Shown piece after piece: positions 30,462-41,815 of a stretch of DNA of 64,000 bases. Positions within the stretch are counted from its first letter, which is position 1; the number at the start of each line of letters is the position of its first letter. Under the pieces are notes generated by a model. The model ran no database searches and was not told the origin of the DNA. It saw only the letters and a list, made by a program, of their open reading frames with translations. This stretch comes from an uncultured Gemmatimonadales bacterium (GTDB taxonomy: Bacteria > Gemmatimonadota > Gemmatimonadetes > Gemmatimonadales > GWC2-71-9): the NCBI GenBank assembly GCA_963828735.1, contig CAWHFW010000005.1:800001-864000 (forward strand), given 5' to 3'. The position numbers and the translations under genes are program-made.

Positions 30462-31593
30462 AATTCGTGGATGAGTTCCGCGACCCCGAGGTGATCGGCC
30501 GGACGGCCGACGAGATTCGGCGCCTCGCCGATCCCGGTCGCCACTACCGTCTGATGGAGGTCTGCGGCGGCCACACGCACGCGATCTATCGCTTCGGCCT
30601 CAAGGACGTACTGCCGCCGAACATCGAGCTGATCCATGGGCCGGGCTGCCCCGTCTGCGTGCTGCCGATGGGCCGGATCGACGACGGGCTGCTGCTGGCC
30701 CAGCGCCCCGACGTCATCTTCAGCGCGTTCGGCGACATGATGCGCGTGCCCGGCGCGCACGGCAGCCCTCTCGAGCACAAGGCGAAAGGGCTGGACGTCC
30801 GCATCGTCTATTCCCCGTCGGATGCGCTCAAGCTCGCGCGGACCAATCCGGACAAGCACGTCGTGTTCTTCGCGATCGGCTTCGAGACGACCGCGCCCTC
30901 GACCGCGCTGACGCTGCTCCGCGCGCGCGAGGAGGGGCTCCGGAACTTCTCGGTCTTCTGCAACCACGTCACCATCATCCCGGCCATCCGGGCCATCCTC
31001 GACTCGCCCGACATGCGCCTCGACGGCTTCATCGGCCCGGGGCACGTCTCGACGGTGATTGGCTGTCGCCCCTATGAGTGGATCGCCCGGGACGAGGCGA
31101 AGCCCATCGTGGTCTCCGGCTTCGAGCCGCTCGATCTGCTGCAGTCGATCGTGATGCTCCTGCGCCAGCTCGGGGAAGGCCGGGCCGAGGTCGAGAACCA
31201 GTACACCCGGGTGGTCCCGTGGGAGGGAAACCGCGCCGCGCTTCGGGCCATGGCGCGAGGTGTTCGAGCTCCGGCCGTACTTCGAATGGCGCGGGCTCGG
31301 ATTCATCTCGCAGTCGGCGCTTCGGATCCGCGACGAGTTCGCCGCGTGGGACGCCGAGCGCCTCTTCGATGTGGCCGGGCGTTCGCGTTACCGACCCCAA
31401 GGCCGCCCAGTGCGGAGAGGTGCTCAAGGGCGTCCTCAAGCCGGTCCAGTGCAAGCTGTTCGGGCGCGAATGCACGCCCGAGCACCCCGTTGGCGCCCTG
31501 ATGGTTTCTTCGGAAGGATCATGCGCCGCGTACTACAACTACGAACACCGCAAGGCCAGCGCCTCGACGCAGAGTCTCGTGGCACCGGTCTGA
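30458..31593 (+). CDS. hypD: Hydrogenase maturation protein HypD (frameshifted)
   Basis: MEVCGGHTH, GPGCPVCV, GFETTAP, PGHVS and CTPEHPVGALMVSSEGSCAAYY motifs. Confidence 0.92.
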
Positions 31594-31607
31594 CGGGCGA
31601 GGCCTCC

Positions 31608-32661
31608 GTGGACGGCCCCTCGCCCCAGGTCCGTTTCCGCGACCCGCAGATCGAGATGGCGCATGGCGCCGGGGGCAAGGCGAGCCGCCGGCTCGTGGAC
31701 GGCCTGTTCGTTCCCCTGCTCTACGACCTCTCGACACCTGCCGCCGATCGGCTCGGCGACGCGGCGCGGCTCGCCGTGGACGGGGCCGAGCTCGCGATCA
31801 CCACCGACAGCTTCGTGGTCACTCCGCTCCGCTTCCCCGGCGGCTCGATCGGCGAATTGGCCGTGAACGGGACCGTGAACGACCTGGCCGTGTCGGGCGC
31901 CACGCCGGTGGCCATCGTGACGACGTTCCTGCTCGAGGCCGGGCTCCCGACGTCCGAGCTCGAGGCCGAGGTGCGCGCGATGGCCGATGCCGCGCGCCGG
32001 GCCGGCGTCGCGATCGTCGGCGGCGACACCAAGGTCGTCGAGCACGGCAAGACGGACCGCATGTACATCACGACCACGGGCCTCGGCCGGCGCATGCCGG
32101 GACGTGTCGGTCGCGCGCGGCCTCGGTCCGCCCCGGCGACAAGGTGCTGCTGTCCGGTCCCATCGGCGATCATGGCATCACCATCCTCCTCGCGCGCGGC
32201 GAGCTCGACCTCGAGGCGGACCTGCGCTCCGACACCCGCCCGGTGCTGCCGCTCGTCGAGGCCATCGCGTCGGTCGCGGGCCCCGGCATCCGCTGGATGC
32301 GGGATCCCACCCGCGGCGGCGTCGCCACGTCGCTGAACGAGCTCGCGCTCGAGTGCGGCCTCGCCGTCCATCTGGAGGAGGAGTCGATCCCGGTGCGCGA
32401 CCAGGTCCGCGGGGCCTGCGAGCTGCTCGGCCTCGATCCGCTCCATATCGCCAATGAAGGCCAGTTCCTCGCGGTGGTCGCTCCCGAGCTCGCCGACCGC
32501 GGCGCTCGACGCCCTGCGCGCGGCGCCCGGCGGCGCCGAGGCGGCGCTGATCGGCGAGGTGCACGAACAGCCGGCGGCCGCCGTCCTGGTGACGACCCGC
32601 TACGGCGGCAGCCGGATCGTCGACATGCTCGTCGGGCGATCCGCTCCCCAGGATCTGCTAG
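31608..32661 (+). CDS. hypE: Carbamoyl dehydratase HypE (frameshifted)
   Basis: MAHGAGG, TTDSFVV.PL.FPGG, NGTVNDLA, GGDTKVV, MRDPTRGG, ANEG and C-terminal PRIC-stop. Confidence 0.92.
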
Positions 32662-32668
32662 GCGGCCG

Positions 32669-33865
32669 ATGGCGATCACCTCAGCGTCTGCCCGTGCAGG
32701 TCGAAGAGAAGCTGCTCGCTGCGGAATCGCGTCTTCGAGCGCTTCTTCGAGCGGGAGGCGCTGCGTCTCGCACACGCGTGCCGCGAGATGTCGGAGCGTT
32801 TCCTGCGCGGCGGGCGCCTCTCGCCTTCGGACGCGGCCCCTACGCAACCGATGCGCAGCACGTGTCGGTCGAGTTCGTGCATCCCGTCATCGTCGGCAAG
32901 CGCGCGCTCCCGGCGCTCGATCTCTCGCTCGACTTCGGGCCGTGGCTCGAGGCGCTCGTGCAGCCGGACGACATGGTGATGGGCTTCGGTCCGCCCGAGG
33001 GCGATCCCGAGGTGGCCGCGGCGCTGCGCCGGCGCCGCGCGCCGCGGCGCCATGACGTTCGCGCTGCCCGGCGACGAGGGCGCGTACGCCGTCTCGCGGG
33101 ATGACCCAGGACCCGTTCATGCATCAGGAGCTGATCGAGATCCTGTATCACACGCTCTGGGAGACGGTGCACGTCTTCTTCGAGCATCGCGAGCTGGGCC
33201 ACGACGTCGGCGAGGCGGGGTTCCTCTATCCGTTTCTCGGCAAGGAGAAGCAGGAGACGGCCGAGCACTGGTCGCACGAGGTGGCGGACTCGATCCGGAT
33301 GAAGGTCTCGGACGACGCGACGCTCCGGACGCAGGTGGCGCCGCGAGCAGGCCGACCAGATCGGCGAGCGCGACGGTCGCGATCCACGAGCGGCTCGCCC
33401 GCGGCGGCAAGCTCATCCTCTTCGGCAACGGCGGCTCGGCGACCGACGCCAACGACTGGGCGATCGACTGCGTGGCGCCCCCCGCGGGCTCACCGCCGGT
33501 GCCGGCCATCTCGCTCGTCGCTCGAGCCCGCCACGCTCAGCGCGATCGCCAACGACGTGGGCACGGATGTCGATCTTTCTTCGCCAGCTCATCGCGCACG
33601 CGCGGCCCGACGATGTCGCCGTCGGCATCTCCACCAGCGGCGGCTCGCGCAACGTGATGATCGCCCTGGCCGAGGCGCGCAAGCGCGGCCTGCTCACCGT
33701 CGCGCTGCTCGGCTACGACGGCGGCGAGATCCGGCGGCAGCGGACTCGCCGACCTACTGCATCGTGGTCGGCTCGGACTACATCCCGCGGATCCAGGAAG
33801 TGCAGGCATCGATCTACCACGTGATGCGCGAGAGCCTGGAGGGGCTGCGCCATGCCCAGGCTTGA
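32669..33865 (+). CDS. Tandem SIS-domain (GmhA/phosphoheptose isomerase-like) protein (frameshifted)
   Basis: TDAQHVSVEFVHPVIVGKRALPA, QELIEILYHTLWETVHVFFEH, FGNGGSATDA, GISTSGGSRNV and PRIQEVQ motifs. Confidence 0.75.
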
Positions 33866-34087
33866 GCTGTTCGGCACGGCCACCTGTCCCTATACCCGCG
33901 ACCTGCGGGAGCTGGCTGGACATGCGCGGCGCCAGCTTCGAGGAGTACGACGTCGAGACCGACGCGGCCGCGCGCGCGCGCATGCGCGCACTGGCCGGCG
34001 CCGAGCGCACGGTGCCCGATCCTGGTGGAGGACGGCCGGGTCGTGCAGGTCGGCTGGCAGGGACGCGGCTGCACGGTGAGCGCCTGA
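33852..34087 (+). CDS. Small glutaredoxin-like protein (frameshifted)
   Basis: Reconstructed as MPRLELFGTATCPYTRDLREWLDMRGASFEEYDVE...RTVPILVEDGRVVQVGWQGRGCTVSA*. Confidence 0.7.
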
Positions 34088-34091
34088 CCCG

Positions 34092-36373
34092 ATGAGCCGC
34101 ACCGCCTGCTCGGTCCGCGTCCGCGGCGTGGTCCAGGGCGTCGGATTCCGGCCATTCGTGTACCGGCTGGCCTGCGCCAACACGCTGGCCGGGTGGGTGC
34201 TGAACGGAGAGGACGGCGTCGAGATTCACCTCGAAGGGGCGCAGGACCGCCTCGAGGCCTTCGTGCGCGACCTGCAGGCGCAGGCGCCGCCCGCGGCCGA
34301 CATCACCGCCGTCGACGTGCATGCCGCGACGCCCACGGGCCTCGACGACTTCACCATCCGCTTCAGCCGCCGCCAGCGACAGCCCACCGTCGCGCATCTC
34401 GCCCGACCTCGCCGGTGTGCGACCGACTGCCTCACGGAGCTGCTTCGACCCGGCCGATCGGCGCTACGAGTATCCCTATATCAACTGCACCGACTGCGGG
34501 CCGCGCTACTCCATCATTCAGCGGCTGCCCTACGACCGCGCCGCGACGACGATGGCGGGGTGGCGGATGGACCCACTCTGCGATCGCCAGTATCACGACC
34601 CCTGGTGCCGCCGGTTCCACGCCCAGCCGATCGCCTGCCCCGCCTGCGGCCCCGGCTACCGGCTCGAGCCAGGAGGTGAGGGGTTGGAGAGCGCCGCGGC
34701 GATTCGACCGGACCGCGGAGCTGCTCCGGTCGGGCGCCATCGTCGCGATCAAGGGACTGGGCGGCTACCATCTCGCCTGCGACGCGCGCCAAGCGACCGT
34801 CGGTGGATGCGCTCCGTACGCGAAAGTTTCGGAAGGAGAAGCCGTTCGCTCTGATGGTGAGGGATGTCGCCGTCGCGCGAACGATCATCGAGCTGTCGGC
34901 CGAGGCCGAGGCCCTGCTGACCGGCGCCCGCTCGGCCGATCGTGCTCGCGCCGGCGCGGGTCCATCTCGCTCACGTCGCGCCCGACAACGCCGAGCTCGG
35001 CGTCATGCTGCCCTACACGCCGCTGCACCACCTGCTGTTCGCGGCCGGGGCGCCGGATGTCCTGGTCATGACGAGCGCCAATCGCTCGAGCGAGCCGATC
35101 GCGTACGAGGATGACGACGCCCGGGAGCGCCTGGCGGACCTGGCCGATGCGTTCCTGGTCGGCGAGCGGCCGATCGCGCGCCGCGCTCGAGGACTCCGTC
35201 GCGCGCGCCGGACCGCTCGGCCCCGTCGTTCTCCGGCGCGCGCGCGGCTACGCTCCCGCGTCGGTCGGTTTCATTCCGACCGATCGGCCGGTCCTGGCGC
35301 TGGGCGCGGACCTCAAGAACACCGTCACGCTCGTCGTGGACGGCCAGGCCTTCGTCAGCCAGCATATCGGCGACCTGGACGACGCGCAGTCCCTGCGCGC
35401 CTACCGTGAGACCATCGATGACCTGCTGGCGATGTACGACGTCGCGCGCGAGGATCTGCTGGTGGCCCGGGACGCGCATCCCCACTATCGGTCCGCCGCG
35501 GAGGCGCTCGAGCTTGCCGCGCCGGAGGTGAGGACCGTCCAGCATCATCGGGCGCACATCGCCTCGGTCCTCGTGGAGCGGGGGGCCTGGCGGACGCGGG
35601 TGCTCGGCCTGGGATTCGATGGCACCGGGTACGGGGACGACGGGACCATCTGGGGCGGCGAGGTGTTCGTGGGGACGATCGAGGATGGCTTCGAGCGCGT
35701 CGCGCACCTCCGCCCGGCGGCGCTGCCGGGCGGCGATGCCGCGGCCCGGAACCCGGTGCAGGCCGCTGCCGGCTTCCTGGCCCAGCTCCCCGACCTGCCC
35801 GATCTCCGGCGGCGGCCGTTCGATTTTCCCGACCGTTACGCGAACGCGCTCCGCCTGCTCCAGTCCCGCACACGTGTCTTCTCGACTACCTCAGCGGGAC
35901 GCCTCTTCGACGCCGCCGCGGCGCTCCTGGGGTTCGTGCGACCGATCACGTTCGAGGGTCAAGCCGCCATCTGGACCGAGCAGCTGGCCCGAACGGCGCC
36001 GCCCGTCGAGCCGTATGCCTTTCCCTACGACCATGGAGAGCTGGACTGGAGGCCGCTGCTCGGCGCCGTCGTGGAGGACCGGCGGCGCGGTCGCGCCGCC
36101 GGCGAGATCGCCCGCGCGTTCCACGTTGGCCTCGCGCACGGACTGGCGGAGGCGGCAGCATCCCTCTGTCGCGCACTTCGGCTCGACATCGTCGTCGCCT
36201 CCGGCGGCGTGTTTCAGAGCGGATTGCTGCTCGAGGAGCTCGCGCCACGCCTGCGGCGCGCGAAGCTCGAGCTCTGGATCAACCACGCCGTGCCACCGAA
36301 CGACGGCGGCGTCAGCCTGGGGCAGGCCGGACTGGCCGCACTCGGACCATGCACGAGCTCTCGATTGCGCTGA
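34092..36373 (+). CDS. hypF: Carbamoyltransferase HypF (frameshifted in 5' half)
   Basis: [64 protein letters not shown] and PPNDGG.SLGQ motifs. Confidence 0.92.
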
Positions 36374-36693
36374 GCATCGTCGATCTGGCGCAAGAGGAGG
36401 CCGAGCGCCAGGGCGGCCGCGTGTGCGCCGTGCACCTTCGCCTCGGTGCGCTCGCGGGCGTGGTGAAGGAAGCCCTGCTGTCCTCGTACGAGATGGCGTG
36501 CGCGGAAACGCCGCTCGCGGGATCGCGGCTGGTCATCGAGGAGCTGCCCGTGGTCGTGTTCTGTCCCGAGTGCCGCGCTCTGCGGTCGCTGAGCAGCGTC
36601 CAGGCGTTCAGCTGCTCCGAGTGCGGGGCGCCGACGCCGGAGATCCGGCAGGGGAAGGAGCTGGAGATGGTGGCCCTGGAGATCGAGACATGA
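36349..36693 (+). CDS. hypA: Nickel metallochaperone HypA
   Basis: MHELSIA, CPEC...CSECG and G.EL motifs. Confidence 0.95.
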   Translation: MHELSIALSIVDLAQEEAERQGGRVCAVHLRLGALAGVVKEALLSSYEMACAETPLAGSRLVIEELPVVVFCPECRALRSLSSVQAFSCSECGAPTPEIRQGKELEMVALEIET

Positions 36694-37385
36694 GCCGAGA
36701 GCCGCGACTGGTCGAGGTCAGGAAGAACGTGCTCAAGCAGAACGACGTGGTGGCCCGTGAGCTGCGGAGTCGCTTCCGTGAGGCGGGCGTCTTCGTCGTG
36801 AGCCTGGTCTCGAGCCCGGGCGCCGGCAAGACGACGCTGCTCGAGCGCACGCTCACGCTGCTCCACGCCCGGCATCGCGTGGCGGCGCTGGTCGGCGATC
36901 TGGCCACGGAGAACGACGCGGCCAGACTCAAGCGGAGCGGCGCCCGCGTGGAGCAGATCGTGACGGGAACCGTCTGCCACCTCGAGGCGGCGATGATCCA
37001 GCGCGCCATCGAAGGGTGGGAGCTCGACCGGCTGGACTTTCTCTTCGTCGAGAACGTGGGAAACCTCGTCTGCCCGGCGTCGTACGACCTGGGGGAGGAC
37101 CTCCGCTTCGTGGCGATCTCCGTCACCGAGGGCGAGGACAAGCCGCTCAAGTATCCCACCATCTTCAACAGTGCGGACGTGGCGCTCGTGACGAAGCTCG
37201 ACCTCGCCGACGCCGTCGGCTTCGATTGGCCTGGTGCGGCCGCCAACATCCAGGCGGTTCGCCCCGGGATGGAGACGATCCGGCTCTCCGCCCGCACCGG
37301 CGAAGGCATGGACCGGTTTCTCGGTCTCCTCGAGCGGCACCGGGCCGACGCCCGCGGGGTCTCCGTCGCGGACACGCTCCCGTGA
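36690..37385 (+). CDS. hypB: Nickel-insertion GTPase HypB
   Basis: SSPGAGKTT, CHLEA, ENVGNLVCP and TEGEDKPLKYP motifs. Confidence 0.95.
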   Translation: MSREPRLVEVRKNVLKQNDVVARELRSRFREAGVFVVSLVSSPGAGKTTLLERTLTLLHARHRVAALVGDLATENDAARLKRSGARVEQIVTGTVCHLEAAMIQRAIEGWELDRLDFLFVENVGNLVCPASYDLGEDLRFVAISVTEGEDKPLKYPTIFNSADVALVTKLDLADAVGFDWPGAAANIQAVRPGMETIRLSARTGEGMDRFLGLLERHRADARGVSVADTLP

Positions 37386-38191
37386 CCAGTCTCGCCGTCA
37401 TCGTCGCGCTCGGGTTCTTTCTCGGCATGCGGCACGCGACCGATCCGGACCACGTGATCGCCGTCAGCACCATCGTCTCGCGCCACCGCCGTCCCCGCCA
37501 CGCCGCGCTGATCGGGATCGCCTGGGGCATCGGCCACACGCTCACGATCCTCGCCGTGGGCGGGGGCATCATCCTCCTCGGGTGGGTCATTCCGGCTCGG
37601 GTGGGGCTCTCGCTCGAGTTGTCCGTCGGGGTCATGCTGATGGTCCTCGGCGCGCTCACGCTGCGGGGCGCGATCCGGCAGGTGACGGAGCGCGTGGCGG
37701 AGGCGGCCCACGATGACGGCGTGACGCACACGCACCCTCACCGTCACGGCGACTACGTCCACACGCACCCCCATCATCACGAGCCCGACGTGCACCCGCA
37801 TGCGGCCGAGCAGACGCCGCTGGCCAGGCTCGACCGATGGCTCGGCGGGATGACGCTGTATCAGCTGGTCCGGCCGTTCGTCGTCGGACTGGTCCACGGA
37901 TTGGCCGGCTCGGCCGCGGTGGCCTTGCTCGTGCTGGGCGCGATCGGCAACAGCCGGTGGGCGATCGCCTACCTGCTCGTGTTCGGGCTGGGAACGGTGG
38001 TGGGGATGGTGCTGGTGACGGCGATGGTTGCGTGGCCCTTCACGTATGCCACGGTCCGTTCCGACCGGCTCCAGCGGGGCCTGCGGCTCGCGTCGGGCGT
38101 GATCAGCGTCGGGTTCGGCCTCGCGCTCGCCTATCGCATCGGGCTGGTCGACGGACTGTTCGGGGCGAATCCGACCTGGATGCCCCGCTGA
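37382..38191 (+). CDS. High-affinity nickel/cobalt transporter (NiCoT/HoxN-UreH-like)
   Basis: GMRHATDPDH, WGIGH, His-rich loop and GLVHGLAGS motifs; GTG at 37382. Confidence 0.85.
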   Translation: MTSLAVIVALGFFLGMRHATDPDHVIAVSTIVSRHRRPRHAALIGIAWGIGHTLTILAVGGGIILLGWVIPARVGLSLELSVGVMLMVLGALTLRGAIRQVTERVAEAAHDDGVTHTHPHRHGDYVHTHPHHHEPDVHPHAAEQTPLARLDRWLGGMTLYQLVRPFVVGLVHGLAGSAAVALLVLGAIGNSRWAIAYLLVFGLGTVVGMVLVTAMVAWPFTYATVRSDRLQRGLRLASGVISVGFGLALAYRIGLVDGLFGANPTWMPR

Positions 38192-38239
38192 CATTCGGGC
38201 GCGCGCGCTCCTGAGGCGGTCGCGCCGAAGCGGTCGTCA

Positions 38240-40690
38240 TCACTCGCCGTACGGCACCCAGATGTTCTTCACCTGGGTCGCCTGCTCCAGGAACTCCTCT
38301 CCCTCATTTCTCGCATCGGTCCAGTCGCGGGCGTGCCCGTGGTCCACCCAGGTGCGTTTCATGTTGCCCGCGGAGAGGCGCTCCACCTCGGCGGCGCCTT
38401 CCGCGCTCCCGAAGTACCAGACTCCGTCCACGTCGTCGTGCGCGGCCAGCACCGGCGCGAGCTCATCGCGAACGCCCGTGACGATGTTCACGACGCCGCC
38501 CGGCACGTCGGAGGTGTCCAGCACTTGGTAGAGATCCGTCGCGAGCAGCGGAGCCCGCGAGGACGGCACCGCGACGACCCTGTTGCCCATGGCGATCGCC
38601 GGCAAGACTGCGGAGACGAGCCCCAGCAGCGAGGGTGCCTCGGGACAGACGACGCCGAGGACCCCGATCGGCTCAGGCATGGCGAGGGTAATGTTCCGGT
38701 AGGGCGTATGGTGAACGAAACCGTCGTACTTGTCCGCCCAGGCGGCATAGGAGTAGATGCGCTCGATCGCGAGCGCCACCTCCCGCTCGCCCGACGCCTC
38801 GTCGCCCGTGAACGACGCGATCCGACCGGCGAACTCCTCGCCGCGCGCCGCCAGATTCTCCGCGAGGTAGAACAACACCTGAGCCCGGTTGTGCGCCGTG
38901 GCGTGCGCCCACCCCGCGGCCTTGCGGGCGGCCTCCACCGCGTTGCGCACGTCCTTGCGATTGCCGTGGCCGACCTCGCCGACGCGTCGGCCCTCGGCAT
39001 CGAGCACGGGCAAGCTGTACCCTGAATCCGGTCGCACCTGCTTGCCGCCGATGTAGAGCTTCGGCGTCCGGTCGATCGGCGGCACGGGCAGATGGTCGGA
39101 CCGTCGGGCGGGCGGGCGGGCGGACGAGTCGCGCGCGATCCGCTGCTCGGAGCGCCGGGTCGCATTGGCGCCCTTGCTCCCTTTTGCCCTGTCGCGCCGA
39201 CCATCCGACGGTACGCCCGTCCGACCGGCCGTCCACCTGACATACTCTCTCAGCCCCTCCCGACCCCCCTCCCGCCCGAAGCCGCTCTCGCGATATCCGC
39301 CGAAGCCGCTGGCGGCGTCGAAGACGTTGGTGCAATTAATCCACACCGTTCCCGCCTGGAGCTGCGGGGCGACATCCAGTGCCAGGTTGATGTTCTCGGT
39401 CCACAGGCTGGCCGCGAGGCCGTAACGCGTGTTGTTGGCCAGCTCGACGGCCTCCACGGGCGTACGGAAGGTCATCAGCACGACCACCGGACCGAAGATC
39501 TCCACCTGCGCGATGGTCGCGGCGGGCGCGACCTCCGTGAACAGCGTCGGCGGGAAGAACCAGCCCTCGCGCGGACAGCTCCACGAGGGCTGCCACAGCT
39601 CCGCGCCCTCTTCCTGTCCGCGCCGCACCAGCTCCTGGATCTTCTGCAGCTGGACCGGCGCGATGATGGCGCCCATGTCCACGGCCTTGTCGAGCGGATC
39701 GCCGACGCGGAGCGTCTCCATCCGGGCCTTGAGCTTGGCCACGAGGCGCTCCGCCACGCCTTCCTGCACCAGGATGCGCGACCCGGCGCAGCAGACCTGG
39801 CCCTGATTGAACCAGATCGCGTCCACCACGCCCTCGACCACGCTGTCGAGGTCCGCGTCGGGGAACACGATGAATGGCGACTTGCCGCCCAGCTCGAGCG
39901 ACAGCTTCTTCCCGCTCCCGGCCGTCGCGGTGCGGATGATCCGCCCGACCTCCGTCGAGCCGGTGAACGCGATCTTGTCGATGTCGGGGTGGGCCACGAT
40001 CGCCTCGCCCGTGCGCCCATCGCCGGTGATGATGTTGACGACCCCGGGCGGGAGCCCGACTTCGTCGCACAGCTCCGCGAAGCGGAGCGCCGTGAGCGAC
40101 GTGAACTCGGCGGGCTTGAGCACCACCGTGTTTCCCATGGCCAGCGCGGGCGCGATCTTCCAGGCCAGCATGAGCAGCGGAAAGTTCCAGGGGATGATCT
40201 GCCCGATGACGCCCACCGGCTCCCGCCCCGGGAGCTCCCGTGCCATGAGCTGCGCCCAGCCCGCGTGATAATAGAAATGACGCGCCACCAGCGGCACATC
40301 GATGTCGCGCGACTCCCGGATCGGCTTCCCGTTGTCGAGCGACTCGAGCACGGCGAACAGGCGGCTGTGCTTCTGGACCTGCCGGGCGATGGCGTAGAGG
40401 TATCGGGCCCGGCCGTGGCCGCCGAGGCCCCACCACGCCGCTTGCGCGGCCCGCGCGGCGCGGACCGCTCGATCCACGTCGGCCGCGCCGGCCTGCGTCA
40501 GCCGGGCGAGTGGCTTGCCGGTCGCCGGATTCAGCGACTCGAAGGTCTCGCCGCCCGGGGCGGTCCACGTCCCGCCGATGAACAGCCCGAATCGACGCTC
40601 ATGCTGGTCCAGCCAGGCGTGCGCGGGCGCCACCGCCTCCGGGGCGGGACCGTACGCCATCGTCCCGAAGATGTCGGGAATGGAGGTCAT
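38240..40690 (-). CDS. Two-domain aldehyde dehydrogenase (ALDH16-like), deoC-associated
   Basis: IIPWNFP, FTGSTEVG, LELGGKSP, GQVCCAG and EIFGP motifs, then a second partial ALDH domain. Confidence 0.9.
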   Translation of the reverse strand: MTSIPDIFGTMAYGPAPEAVAPAHAWLDQHERRFGLFIGGTWTAPGGETFESLNPATGKPLARLTQAGAADVDRAVRAARAAQAAWWGLGGHGRARYLYAIARQVQKHSRLFAVLESLDNGKPIRESRDIDVPLVARHFYYHAGWAQLMARELPGREPVGVIGQIIPWNFPLLMLAWKIAPALAMGNTVVLKPAEFTSLTALRFAELCDEVGLPPGVVNIITGDGRTGEAIVAHPDIDKIAFTGSTEVGRIIRTATAGSGKKLSLELGGKSPFIVFPDADLDSVVEGVVDAIWFNQGQVCCAGSRILVQEGVAERLVAKLKARMETLRVGDPLDKAVDMGAIIAPVQLQKIQELVRRGQEEGAELWQPSWSCPREGWFFPPTLFTEVAPAATIAQVEIFGPVVVLMTFRTPVEAVELANNTRYGLAASLWTENINLALDVAPQLQAGTVWINCTNVFDAASGFGGYRESGFGREGGREGLREYVRWTAGRTGVPSDGRRDRAKGSKGANATRRSEQRIARDSSARPPARRSDHLPVPPIDRTPKLYIGGKQVRPDSGYSLPVLDAEGRRVGEVGHGNRKDVRNAVEAARKAAGWAHATAHNRAQVLFYLAENLAARGEEFAGRIASFTGDEASGEREVALAIERIYSYAAWADKYDGFVHHTPYRNITLAMPEPIGVLGVVCPEAPSLLGLVSAVLPAIAMGNRVVAVPSSRAPLLATDLYQVLDTSDVPGGVVNIVTGVRDELAPVLAAHDDVDGVWYFGSAEGAAEVERLSAGNMKRTWVDHGHARDWTDARNEGEEFLEQATQVKNIWVPYGE
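39094..39226. repeat. Palindromic element built of degenerate octamers, in frame inside the aldH interdomain linker
   Basis: Left arm GGTCGGAC-CGTCGGGC-GGGCGGGC-GGGCGGAC; right arm CGCCGACC-ATCCGACG-GTACGCCC-GTCCGACC. Confidence 0.5.
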
Positions 40691-40715
40691 GGGGCCTCGA
40701 GCATGAAGGGTGGCT

Positions 40716-41729
40716 TCACCCCGTGGGATGTCGGTGCGCGGCCGAGTACCGCCCGGTGACGAAGTGTTCGAGCTGCCGTTCGATGTCGGTGAGAAGCGAG
40801 CTCGCGCCGAACCGGAACAGATCGGGACGCAGCCAGCGATCGCCCAGCTCGTCCTTGATCAGCGCGAGCCAGTCCAGCGACTCCCTGGCGGCGCGGATCC
40901 CGCCGGCCGGCTTGAGGCCGACGAGGTGGCCGGTGCGCTCGCGGTACTCGCGAATGGCGCGGGCCATCACCAGCCCGACCGGAAGCGTGGCGTTGACGCC
41001 TTCCTTCCCCGTCGACGTCTTGATGAAGTCGGCCCCCGCCATCATGCAGACCAGGCTGGCGCGCGCGACGGTGCGAAGCGTGCCGAGCTCGCCGGTGGCC
41101 AGGATCGTCTTGATGTGCGCGTCACCGCAGGCCTCCCGCATGGCGCGCACCTCGTCGTAGAGGGCGCGCCAGTTTTCGGTGAGCGCGTGCGCGCGGGTGA
41201 TCACGACGTCGATTTCCTCCGCGCCCGCGGCTACCGAGGCGCGGATCTCGCCGATCCGCTGCGGGAACGGCGAGAGCCCCGCGGGAAACCCGGTCGACAC
41301 CGCCGCGACCGGAATGCCGGAGCCTTCGAGCGCTTCCACCGCGGTATCGACGAACGTGTGGTAGACGCAGACCGCGCCGACCCTGATCGGCAGCTGGGTC
41401 GCTCCCATCGCCTCGAGCAGGTCCTCGCGGACCGGGCGGCGGGCCTTGGCACAGAGCCGGCGCACCCGGCCGGGCGTGTCGTCTCCCGACAGCGTCGTCA
41501 GGTCCATCAGCGTCACCGCCCGGAGCAGCCACGCCGCCTGCCATTGCTTCTTGACCGTTCGCCTGGTGCGCAGCGTGGCCGCCCGCCGCTCGACGGCGCT
41601 GCGATTGACCCGCGCCTCCTCCACCCAGTCCAGTTCCAGCGGCATCCCGGGATTCCGGGGCGCGACGGGAACGTCGAATGGGGCGGCGGACGAGTCGGCG
41701 ATCACACCTCGGGCATGCGGGTCGGACAT
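40716..41729 (-). CDS. deoC: Deoxyribose-phosphate aldolase
   Basis: MDLTTLSGDDT, AVCVY, EIDVVI, KTILATGEL, DFIKTSTGK, KPAGGI and RFGASSLL motifs. Confidence 0.93.
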   Translation of the reverse strand: MSDPHARGVIADSSAAPFDVPVAPRNPGMPLELDWVEEARVNRSAVERRAATLRTRRTVKKQWQAAWLLRAVTLMDLTTLSGDDTPGRVRRLCAKARRPVREDLLEAMGATQLPIRVGAVCVYHTFVDTAVEALEGSGIPVAAVSTGFPAGLSPFPQRIGEIRASVAAGAEEIDVVITRAHALTENWRALYDEVRAMREACGDAHIKTILATGELGTLRTVARASLVCMMAGADFIKTSTGKEGVNATLPVGLVMARAIREYRERTGHLVGLKPAGGIRAARESLDWLALIKDELGDRWLRPDLFRFGASSLLTDIERQLEHFVTGRYSAAHRHPTG

Positions 41730-41815
41730 GGGTGGGAACATACTCCGCGAGACGAGCCTGGCGCCATGCGCCGCCCTCGGCGCGAGAGGGACCCGAGCCG
41801 GGTCCGCGCGAGCGG

